Source of the DNA: Phycisphaerales bacterium
GTDB lineage: Bacteria > Planctomycetota > Phycisphaerae > Phycisphaerales > UBA1924
DNA length: 64,000 nt
NCBI GenBank assembly: GCA_965227775.1
Contig: OZ245777.1
Location: 1,952,001 to 2,016,000 of the forward strand
Direction: 5' to 3'
Positions 47,018 through 55,220 of the stretch are shown here, piece after piece. The notes under the pieces are model-generated. The model worked only from the letters and a program-made list of their open reading frames with translations. It was not told the origin of the DNA and did not search any database. Each line of letters begins with the position of its first letter. Position 1 is the stretch's first letter. The position numbers and the translations under genes are program-made.

Positions 47018-48649
47018 ATGTGCTTCAATCTCGCTCTCAGGCTCACGGCTAGCCGGTCCCTCGCGTGGCCTGCGGCCTTGCTCTCGGCCGTGGTTGCCCT
47101 CGCAGTCCCGGCCCTCGCCCAGGCTCAGAGCGGCGACTTCATCGAGCGCATCAATCGGGCCGGTCGAGCCATTCCGCAAGACCAGCGGGCCGATGCCGTG
47201 CTGTTCCCGACCATGATCGACATGCAGGATCCGCCGGCGGTGGTAGCGGTCACCGAAGACGGTCGGCCCATCGACGCGATGTTGCTCGGCCCGCGGATGC
47301 GCGGCTGGGAGGATGCGTCGCAATGGGCGGCGGCCGAGTCTCAGCAGCGGGTGATCGCAGCGCTCGACGAGATCACCCAGGAAGCGATCTTCCCCGACTC
47401 GATGGTCATGGCCCAGCCCTATGGCATCGATGGCGTTTCCGTTGACCTCGTTCGTGCGGGCTTGTACACCGAATTGGGCGATCCGCCCACGCTCTCATCA
47501 GCCGAGTTTCGTTACCTGCCCAAGCTGACCAACGTTGTCATCCTCGCCCACGTCGAGGCCAATCGGCGCTGGGCTGAAGGCAACCCAGCGGGCGCGATCG
47601 ACGTTCTTGTCGACCTGCTGCACCTGGGTCGCATGATGGCAAACCGCGAGTTCTACGACGAGGTCGCGTGGGGCTATCGCACGATGATCGACGCGGCGAT
47701 CCGCGTTCGGGACGTGGCGTACATCGATTACTCGTCCGATCAGCAGGTGCTGAACTATGACGAGGTCATCGAGGTCATTGGCCGGCTCGACCCAGGCCGC
47801 CGCGGATTCATGATGATCGATCGCCTGCGCCTGCCCGAGGGAGACCGCATCGGCGCAGAGCAAGTGCTCTCACGCATCTTTGACGAGCGTGGACGTCCGA
47901 CCGATCGATTCGCGCCCACCATGAGCGCGCTCAGCACGAGCGAGCGTCCGCTCCGTCGCTTCAGCGAGGCCGGTCTGTGGACGCAGGTGCAACTCGTCCA
48001 CGGCGACGGCTTCGCGACGCGCAAGAGCGTGAACGACGTGTTCAACGACTGGTCGCAGCTCTGGACGCAGAGCGACTTCGCTCCCGGGCAGAAGCTCGTC
48101 CGAGAGTACGACCGCCTGAACCCGGTGACCGAGGGCGTCGTGCTTGCGATTGTGCCCGAGATGACCGGCCTTTTCAACGAGCGCCGCATCCTCCGAACCG
48201 AGATCTCCGGTACACGCGTAGCCCTGGCCATCATGGCGTACAAGACGCGCCTGCGCACGCTGCCGGGCAATGTTGCGGCGCTGAGCCCGCAGATCTTGCC
48301 CGAGCGTGTGATCGATCCGTTCGGTCCGATCGTTGACTCGCAGCGGCGCTCTCTGGTCAGCCAGTTCAACTACCTCGTGCCCGCACGCGACCTGGATGTT
48401 GACCCGGCGGTGGGGCCCAAGCCGCTCGCCATCGACATCATCATGCTCAACCAGCGGAACTTCACGATCGGCGTCGGTCTCGTCGACGACGAATACGTGT
48501 TGTGGTCGACCGGGCCCGACCTCGATAATGACACGGCCAGCCGTGTGCGCGAGAACACGCGTTCGCTCTATGACGGCGACTACCTGATCTGGCCACCGGT
48601 CATCTCGCTCTATCGCGAGTTTCTGCAGGCCGACGGCGAGCTGCGTTGA
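47018..48649 (+). CDS. Exported hypothetical protein with C-terminal pseudopilin-head-like motif
   Basis: Signal peptide (PALAQAQ); C-terminal ALAIMAYK..LP..IDPF..LWSTGPD.DND. Confidence 0.65.
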   Translation: MCFNLALRLTASRSLAWPAALLSAVVALAVPALAQAQSGDFIERINRAGRAIPQDQRADAVLFPTMIDMQDPPAVVAVTEDGRPIDAMLLGPRMRGWEDASQWAAAESQQRVIAALDEITQEAIFPDSMVMAQPYGIDGVSVDLVRAGLYTELGDPPTLSSAEFRYLPKLTNVVILAHVEANRRWAEGNPAGAIDVLVDLLHLGRMMANREFYDEVAWGYRTMIDAAIRVRDVAYIDYSSDQQVLNYDEVIEVIGRLDPGRRGFMMIDRLRLPEGDRIGAEQVLSRIFDERGRPTDRFAPTMSALSTSERPLRRFSEAGLWTQVQLVHGDGFATRKSVNDVFNDWSQLWTQSDFAPGQKLVREYDRLNPVTEGVVLAIVPEMTGLFNERRILRTEISGTRVALAIMAYKTRLRTLPGNVAALSPQILPERVIDPFGPIVDSQRRSLVSQFNYLVPARDLDVDPAVGPKPLAIDIIMLNQRNFTIGVGLVDDEYVLWSTGPDLDNDTASRVRENTRSLYDGDYLIWPPVISLYREFLQADGELR

Positions 48650-48745
48650 CCGATCGATAGGCGGCACGTCCACGGGCTCGGGAACATCCCGGGCCCGCTT
48701 GCGATTCATCTCCTTCCACGAACCTACACGCCAGCGAGGGCACCC

Positions 48746-49768
48746 ATGAGCGAGAACGGGCAGGACACGAAGATCGAGAAGCTGGTCATCATCGGCTCGG
48801 GCCCGGCCGGATGGACGGCTGCCCTGTACGCCTCTCGGGCCCAGCTCGAGCCGCTCTGCATCATCGGCGTGCCCAAGCAAGACCCCGGGCCGGTGTTGCC
48901 CGGCGGCCAGCTCATGCTGACCACCGACGTCGAGAATTACCCCGGGTTTCCCGACGGCATCGCCGGACCCGAGATGATGACCCTGTTCCAGAAGCAGGCC
49001 GAACGCTTCGGTGCCCGCGTCATGAACGATGACGTAAAGACGGTGGAGTTCAACAAGGACCACACCAAGCCGCACGTGCTCACAACGGCTGGCGGCAAGA
49101 CGATCCGGGCCCACGCGGTCGTCATCGCAACCGGGGCGACGGCCAACTGGCTGGGCCTCGACAACGAGCTGCGCCTGGCAACCAGCGGCGGTGGCGTCTC
49201 GGCTTGTGCCGTGTGCGATGGTGCGCTGCCCATGTTCCGCGACAACCCGGTCGCCGTCATCGGTGGCGGCGATACGGCCATGGAAGAGGGCCACCACCTG
49301 AGCAAGTTCGCCTCCAAGGTCTACATCATCCACCGCCGCGACGAGCTACGCGCCAGCAAGGTGATGCAGGAGCGCACCCTGGGCAAGCCGAACGTCGAGA
49401 TGGTGTGGAACAGCACGGTTGTCGACGTGCTGGACAAGAAGGACCCCGCGTCGGGAGCCGATGTCATCCGGGCCGTCGTGCTCGAAGACACCCAGACCAA
49501 GGAGCGGCGCGAACTCGAGGTCAGCGGCATGTTCGTCGCGATCGGCCACACCCCCGCGACGAAGTTCCTGCGCGAGAGTGGTCTGGAGTTCGATTCGGCG
49601 GGCTACATCGATCTCAAGAAGCGCGGCAGCACCACCAACATCCCCGGTGTGTTCGCCGCCGGCGACGTGGCCGATGCCAAGTACCGCCAGGCCATCACAG
49701 CCGCGGGCATGGGCTGCCAGGCGGCGCTCGATGCCGAGCACTGGCTGGGCGAGCACGCGCTGGTGTAA
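48746..49768 (+). CDS. trxB: Thioredoxin-disulfide reductase
   Basis: IGSGPAG, GGQL..T.VENYPG, SACAVCDG, GGGDTA.EE, AAGDV. Confidence 0.95.
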   Translation: MSENGQDTKIEKLVIIGSGPAGWTAALYASRAQLEPLCIIGVPKQDPGPVLPGGQLMLTTDVENYPGFPDGIAGPEMMTLFQKQAERFGARVMNDDVKTVEFNKDHTKPHVLTTAGGKTIRAHAVVIATGATANWLGLDNELRLATSGGGVSACAVCDGALPMFRDNPVAVIGGGDTAMEEGHHLSKFASKVYIIHRRDELRASKVMQERTLGKPNVEMVWNSTVVDVLDKKDPASGADVIRAVVLEDTQTKERRELEVSGMFVAIGHTPATKFLRESGLEFDSAGYIDLKKRGSTTNIPGVFAAGDVADAKYRQAITAAGMGCQAALDAEHWLGEHALV

Positions 49769-49777
49769 CCAGTGTCC

Positions 49778-50461
49778 ATGCGCGAGATTGGTTGCCGAGT
49801 CGAGCGTGGTGTTGTGACGCCCGAGGCCATCCAGCGCCTACGCCAATCGTGCCCCAGTATCCCAAGGGCAGGTTTGCGCGAGCCCTTCGCGTCGTGGCCA
49901 GATGCCCGCGAAGTCATGGAGCCAGCCCGATCGACCGCGCGTGGCGTTCTCGATTCACATGCTCAATTGACGCGGGCCATCCTGTTCGACAAGCAGCCCG
50001 GTCGAAACTGGAGCCTTGCGGTCCACCAAGACCTCACGATCGCCGTGAGTGATCGTGTGGAAGCCTCGGGCTACGGCCCCTGGTCGTTCAAGCACGGCGG
50101 CTGGCACTGCGAGGCGCCGGCAAGGCTCCTGAGCCGGATGGTCACTGTGCGGGTTCATCTCGACGATGCAGACGAGGAGAACGGCTGCCTCCTCGTCGCA
50201 CCGCTGCCGGCAGATCGATCGGACGCGAAACTCTCGCCCAAGGAGCTGCAGGTCTGTGCGGAGCGATTAGTGCCCATGCCCGCCCGTGCCGGCGATGCCG
50301 TCGTTATGAGCCCGCTCACGCCGCACGCTTCGGGTCGCAACACCAGCGATCGCCATCGCCGCGTGCTGCACATGGAATTCGCAGGCGAAGACCCGGGCGG
50401 TGGCCTGAAGTGGCGCGACGAGGCCGAGATCCTGGGCTGCGATCCCTCTACTCGTCCTTGA
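49778..50461 (+). CDS. Phytanoyl-CoA dioxygenase family (2OG-Fe(II)) protein
   Basis: LFDK..NW..HQD, RVHLDD..NG.L, PHAS..RRVLH. Confidence 0.8.
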   Translation: MREIGCRVERGVVTPEAIQRLRQSCPSIPRAGLREPFASWPDAREVMEPARSTARGVLDSHAQLTRAILFDKQPGRNWSLAVHQDLTIAVSDRVEASGYGPWSFKHGGWHCEAPARLLSRMVTVRVHLDDADEENGCLLVAPLPADRSDAKLSPKELQVCAERLVPMPARAGDAVVMSPLTPHASGRNTSDRHRRVLHMEFAGEDPGGGLKWRDEAEILGCDPSTRP

Positions 50462-51485
50462 CCTCGTAGGGCTGCGTCCCATCGCCGCGATCGATGGTGT
50501 GGCTCTTGGGCACGGGCACGCCCTTGGGCACACCGCGGCGGCCGGCCCGGTTGCGGTCGTCGGCGTCGATGGCGGCAAGGCGCTCGTCAAGCTCGGTTTC
50601 TGCAGCTTCGACCCGCTCGCGATCGATGACGGCGCGACGCCCCGACACGACGCTCTTGTGCCTCGAATTTTGGACCGCCCAGTTCGCGCCCTTGGCCAGG
50701 GTGATGAGGCTGACGCTCAGCATGATCACGCCCACGAGCAAGCAGAGCGCAAACGCGAAGAACAGCAGCCCGAAGATCGGGAAGATCGCAATGAGAAGTG
50801 GCGTGGCCAACAGCCCGAGGCCGCCAACGGCAAGCAGCCACGCGACCGTCTGCAGGCGTCGCTCGGCGTCCTCGTCGCCCATCCACGACGCCAGCGAAGA
50901 GAACTGAACGCACACCGGCACGAAGCCGAGCCAGGCGATCGTGTCGAAGATATAGACGCTTACCTCAAGAGCACCCTCAACGACGCTCAGTTGTGGGACG
51001 AACAGCAGCATGTACAGGACTGCGGCCACGATGTGGCACGCCTGCGTGCCCACGCTGGCCCAGCGCCATTTGGGGTTGTCGAACAGGTCGAGCTGCGTGG
51101 ATTCGAATCGATCGGGCTTGGGCTTAGTCACGATCCACAGGGCCGCCACCCAGCCGCAGATCGCCAGGAACTCGAGCCCGAGCGTCACGGCGTTCTCCGC
51201 GACGGCGAGAACCACGGAAAAGAAGATGTACCCCAAGAATCCCAGAGCCGCGAGCCACAAGGTCGTGCTCAGCCGGCTGACGTAGGCGAGCGGTGCTCGC
51301 GAGACCCCGGTGCCGCGCTTCTTGTCGTACAAAGGCCGGGCGTTGGGCGTGCCGCACTCAGGGCAAACCGTGGCCCGTGGCAGGCCTGTGAGGTCGTAGC
51401 TGCACTTGACGCAGAGATAGCCCTTCTCGAACGTACCCCTGGGCGTGCGGTCCAGGTCGAGTTCCCGAGGGTCAATGGGGCTCAT
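50448..51485 (-). CDS. Multi-pass membrane protein with N-terminal zinc ribbon
   Basis: CVKCSYDLTGL..CPECG followed by about six TM helices. Confidence 0.78.
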   Translation of the reverse strand: MSPIDPRELDLDRTPRGTFEKGYLCVKCSYDLTGLPRATVCPECGTPNARPLYDKKRGTGVSRAPLAYVSRLSTTLWLAALGFLGYIFFSVVLAVAENAVTLGLEFLAICGWVAALWIVTKPKPDRFESTQLDLFDNPKWRWASVGTQACHIVAAVLYMLLFVPQLSVVEGALEVSVYIFDTIAWLGFVPVCVQFSSLASWMGDEDAERRLQTVAWLLAVGGLGLLATPLLIAIFPIFGLLFFAFALCLLVGVIMLSVSLITLAKGANWAVQNSRHKSVVSGRRAVIDRERVEAAETELDERLAAIDADDRNRAGRRGVPKGVPVPKSHTIDRGDGTQPYEVKDE

Positions 51486-51521
51486 GCTCGATCGTATGGA
51501 TCGGCCGCCACGCGGTTGCGT

Positions 51522-53276
51522 CTACACGGTCTGGTGGTCGGGCTGATCGGTCGAGTCCGACCCCGCACCATCGTCGTCGCCATCCTTCTTCTCGAGGGCC
51601 GAGCGGGTCTCTTCAAGGAGCCGCTCGACCTGGAAGGGCTTGAACAGCACGCACCGCAGACCCTCCTGCGAGGCGCGGACGATGCTGTGGCTCGGGTCGT
51701 AGCCGAAGCCCGTCATGAGAATGACCGGGACATCCGGCAGCGATCGACGGGCCGCCGAGAAGACCTCATAGCCGTTGCGATCGGGCATCTTGATGTCGCT
51801 GATGACCAGGTCGAACGTGCCGCCCTCGGCCGCAGCGGCGCGGACCTTCTCGATGGCGGCGGCGCCGTTGTCGCACACGTCGACGACCGCCCCGCGGTTG
51901 CGCAAGACGTCGGCGATGACGCGGCGGACGGCGGGCTCGTCGTCGGCGACCAGCACGCGGCGGCCTTCGATCAGCGGCTCGTGCTCGGCGGCGGCCATCG
52001 CTCGCTCGACACCCAGCAGGGCACGCGGACCCTCGGCCACGCGACGCATCCGGTCGCGGATCGAGTCGACGTCGCCGGCGATGCGGCCCAGGCGGGCGGC
52101 CAGCTCGGGGTCGGCTTCGGCCTTCTCACGCATCTGGTCGACGATGTCGGCGATGTCGTCCAGCGGCTCACGCAGCTCGCCCTGCATGCGGCCTGACACG
52201 GTCGCGTTGGTCTCGCAGCGTTCGACCAGGAGCAGGTCGAGCACACGGAGCGCCATCGCGAGGTGGCGGGCAAAGTGCTCGGCGAAGCGGCGGTCTTCCT
52301 CGTTGAAGGCGCCGGGCTTGAGAGCCTCAACGTCGAGCACGCCGATCACGCGGTCGTGCAGGCGGAGGGGCACAACCATCGCGCTGCTGGCGCCCTGCAG
52401 GCACGGCAGGAAGCGGGCGTCGTGGGCGGCGTCGTTGGAGACCTCGCTCACGCCCGTAGACGCGACGAAGCCGGCGATGCCGTTGCCCTGCCGCGATGGA
52501 TACAGATCGAGTTCGGCCGCCTGCGGGCTCAGGCCCTCGGAGATGACAAGCTCGAGTTTGCCGGTCTTCTCGTTGATCAGGCGAATGGCAAAGTGGTCGA
52601 AGTTCAGTAGCTTGTGGGCGGTCTCGATGATGCGATTTTCGAGCACGCTCAGGCGTTCCATCGCATTCTTGGATCGTACAAATTCGGGATCGATCGACAC
52701 CAGGTCTCGCCCGGCTTGCTCGATAGCCGTCATCTTGCGGTCGAGCCGGCGCGACTCGGACACGTCGCGGATGACGGCGACCATCCGCGTGTCGGCCACG
52801 CTGGCGCCCTCGCCCTGGGCCAGAGAGATGACCACCTCGTACCAGCTGTCGGACTCGTCGTCGCCGATCTCGACGTTGCGGGTCGTGCACCGGCCGCGCT
52901 GGTTGCGGCGGTCGACCAGCCACCCGTAGCTATCTCGGGCGGCGTTGCGAACGCGGTCGCCGACCTCTGGGTCGAGCATCCGGAAGAAGGCGTTGGCCCA
53001 CACGATGGAGCCATCGGGCCCCATCAGACAAACACCCTCGTTGACTGCGTCAAGGAGGGCATAGGCACGGTCCATCTCGCTGAATTCGGGGAGGATCTGG
53101 CCCTGGTGGATCACGACGACCCGGCCACCCTCGTCTCGGAGCTCGGCGGATTTCTGCCGGGCGTCGTCGGCGGAGCAATACTCCACACGAGCGATCTGCT
53201 CGTTGTGCTGGCCAAGCTCGGAAGCGGGAGCCTCCGAACTGCCGACAATCAGGATGGTGTACGCCGGATCACCCAT
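51522..53276 (-). CDS. PAS-GAF-receiver domain signalling protein
   Basis: PAS-like LLDAVNEGV..WAN; GAF (GIAGFVA, VPL..VIGVLDVE, FNEED); REC (VADDE, VISDIKMP, MTG, LFKPF). Confidence 0.85.
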   Translation of the reverse strand: MGDPAYTILIVGSSEAPASELGQHNEQIARVEYCSADDARQKSAELRDEGGRVVVIHQGQILPEFSEMDRAYALLDAVNEGVCLMGPDGSIVWANAFFRMLDPEVGDRVRNAARDSYGWLVDRRNQRGRCTTRNVEIGDDESDSWYEVVISLAQGEGASVADTRMVAVIRDVSESRRLDRKMTAIEQAGRDLVSIDPEFVRSKNAMERLSVLENRIIETAHKLLNFDHFAIRLINEKTGKLELVISEGLSPQAAELDLYPSRQGNGIAGFVASTGVSEVSNDAAHDARFLPCLQGASSAMVVPLRLHDRVIGVLDVEALKPGAFNEEDRRFAEHFARHLAMALRVLDLLLVERCETNATVSGRMQGELREPLDDIADIVDQMREKAEADPELAARLGRIAGDVDSIRDRMRRVAEGPRALLGVERAMAAAEHEPLIEGRRVLVADDEPAVRRVIADVLRNRGAVVDVCDNGAAAIEKVRAAAAEGGTFDLVISDIKMPDRNGYEVFSAARRSLPDVPVILMTGFGYDPSHSIVRASQEGLRCVLFKPFQVERLLEETRSALEKKDGDDDGAGSDSTDQPDHQTV

Positions 53277-53499
53277 TGCCACCCTGCCCAAACACGCCCG
53301 TGAGGCAAACTGTAGCGGGTCGCGTGGCGAGGATTGCCCATGCAGCCCGCAACAGGCCTTCTTGAATCTCCCCACAAGATCGGCATTTGACGCCATCGTG
53401 TTTCATCCGAACGGATAAACCCACTCCCACGAAGAATCCATCCCGGCCGTCCCATCCGGCCAGTCCATCCAGAGTGCCCCGCCCGCCGATACTCGGACC

Positions 53500-54480
53500 A
53501 TGATCGAAGCCCGCAACCTCCAGAAGAGCTACGGCCGGGTGCACGCCCTGAGCGGCGTGAGCTTCGATGTGCCCCCGGGCCAGGTAACCGGGCTGCTGGG
53601 GGCCAATGGTGCGGGCAAGAGCACGACCATACGAATCATCACCGGATATACGGCTCCAGATGCCGGTTGGGTCCGTGTTAAGGGCATCCATGCTTCCCGA
53701 GACCCCATCAGGGTTCGCCAGCACGTGGGCTACCTGCCCGAGTCGGCCCCGACCTACGGCGAGATGCCCGTCGAGGCGTTGCTCCGCTTCCGTGCCTCCT
53801 TACATGGATTGCGTGGAAATGACCGTCGTCGCGCGGTCGACGAGGCGATCGACACCTGCGTGCTCCAATCGGTCCGCCGCCGACGCGTGGGCGGTCTGAG
53901 CAAGGGCTACAAGCAGCGGGTGGGGCTCGCAACAGCAATTCTGCACGATCCCGCCGTGCTCGTGCTCGATGAGCCGTCGAACGGCCTCGACCCGGAGCAG
54001 ATCACCGAGACCCGCTCGCTCATCCGCAGGTTGGCCGAGGGGCGCACGGTGCTGGTGAGCAGCCACATCCTGCCTGAGATCGAGCGGACGTGCGATCGCG
54101 TGGTCATCCTGGCCCACGGGCGGCCGTGTGCCGAAGGGCCGCTGGACGAGTTATTGGCCCAGGGCGATCACGAGCTGGCATGCGAAGCGGGCTTCGAAGA
54201 CCATCGAGCGGCCACCGCCGCCGCGCGCTCGGTCGAGGCGATCGAAGGCGTGACCTCCGTCGTCTCGCGCGAGCTCGATGGTGCCGCGGTCCGATGGCGC
54301 ATCGCGTTCGAGCCGGCCACCATTGCCGAGACCGACCTCCGCCGCCAGGTCGGCAAGATCCTCGCGAAGTCGAACGCCCAGGTGCGGCTGCTCGAGCGGC
54401 AGCGGGCTTCGCTCGAGTCGTTGTTCCTGAAGCTGATGGAGCAGGGGCCCGAAGCCGTCGAAGCCGGGAGCGCGGCATGA
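53500..54480 (+). CDS. ABC transporter ATP-binding protein (GldA-like)
   Basis: GANGAGKS, LSKGYKQR, LDEP, SSH. Confidence 0.92.
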   Translation: MIEARNLQKSYGRVHALSGVSFDVPPGQVTGLLGANGAGKSTTIRIITGYTAPDAGWVRVKGIHASRDPIRVRQHVGYLPESAPTYGEMPVEALLRFRASLHGLRGNDRRRAVDEAIDTCVLQSVRRRRVGGLSKGYKQRVGLATAILHDPAVLVLDEPSNGLDPEQITETRSLIRRLAEGRTVLVSSHILPEIERTCDRVVILAHGRPCAEGPLDELLAQGDHELACEAGFEDHRAATAAARSVEAIEGVTSVVSRELDGAAVRWRIAFEPATIAETDLRRQVGKILAKSNAQVRLLERQRASLESLFLKLMEQGPEAVEAGSAA

Positions 54481-55220
54481 AGTCGGTTCGCGGCACACTT
54501 GGCGCAACGTGGTCCATCGCGTGGCGCGAATTCATGGCGCTGTTCCGCGTGCCAGTCGGGTGGCTGGTGCTCGCGTTGTACGCCGGGCTGTGGGGCGGGA
54601 TGTTCGTGCAGTTCGTGCTCGTCTCGGGCGCACCGGCGACCATGCGACCGCTGTTCGCGACGGCGGCGTGGCTGATGCTTCCTATCGCGCCGGCAATCTC
54701 GATGCGGCTGTTCAGCGACGAGTTGCGAACGGGGAGCTACGAGTTGCTAGCGACGTCGCCCGCTACGGACTTCTCTTTGGCGCTGGGCAAGTTTGTAGGC
54801 GCTGGCTTGTTCTTACTCGCGCTGCTGGGTAGCACACTCCCGCTGGTCGCGGTCCTGCTTGCGATGAGCGATCCGATGCCCGACGCCGGTCCGCTCTTTG
54901 CCGGTTACCTCAGCGTGACGCTGCTGGGGTTGCTGTTCCTCTCCGTGGGCCTCTTGGCATCAACGCTGACTGCTAGCCAGACGCTGAGCTTCCTCGGCGC
55001 GATGCTCGCGTTGTTCGTATGGCTTCTGGCAACGACCGCCGGTCGTTCGCGCGCGCCAGAGGCGATCGGAGACGCGCTGGCGCGGTTGGCGATCACCGAT
55101 CGGCTCGAGGGCTTTGCCAAGGGCGTGATCGATACTGGGGACGTGGCGTTCTTTGCGGTGCTGACGGGCTGGTTCGTACTCGCGGCCGCGATGTGCCTGA
55201 GCGTGCGGAGGTGGCTGTGA
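54477..55220 (+). CDS. ABC-2 permease (GldF-like)
   Basis: SMRLFSDE.RTGSYELL..SP, LGKF, GVIDTGD; ATGA overlap with the previous gene. Confidence 0.88.
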   Translation: MKSVRGTLGATWSIAWREFMALFRVPVGWLVLALYAGLWGGMFVQFVLVSGAPATMRPLFATAAWLMLPIAPAISMRLFSDELRTGSYELLATSPATDFSLALGKFVGAGLFLLALLGSTLPLVAVLLAMSDPMPDAGPLFAGYLSVTLLGLLFLSVGLLASTLTASQTLSFLGAMLALFVWLLATTAGRSRAPEAIGDALARLAITDRLEGFAKGVIDTGDVAFFAVLTGWFVLAAAMCLSVRRWL

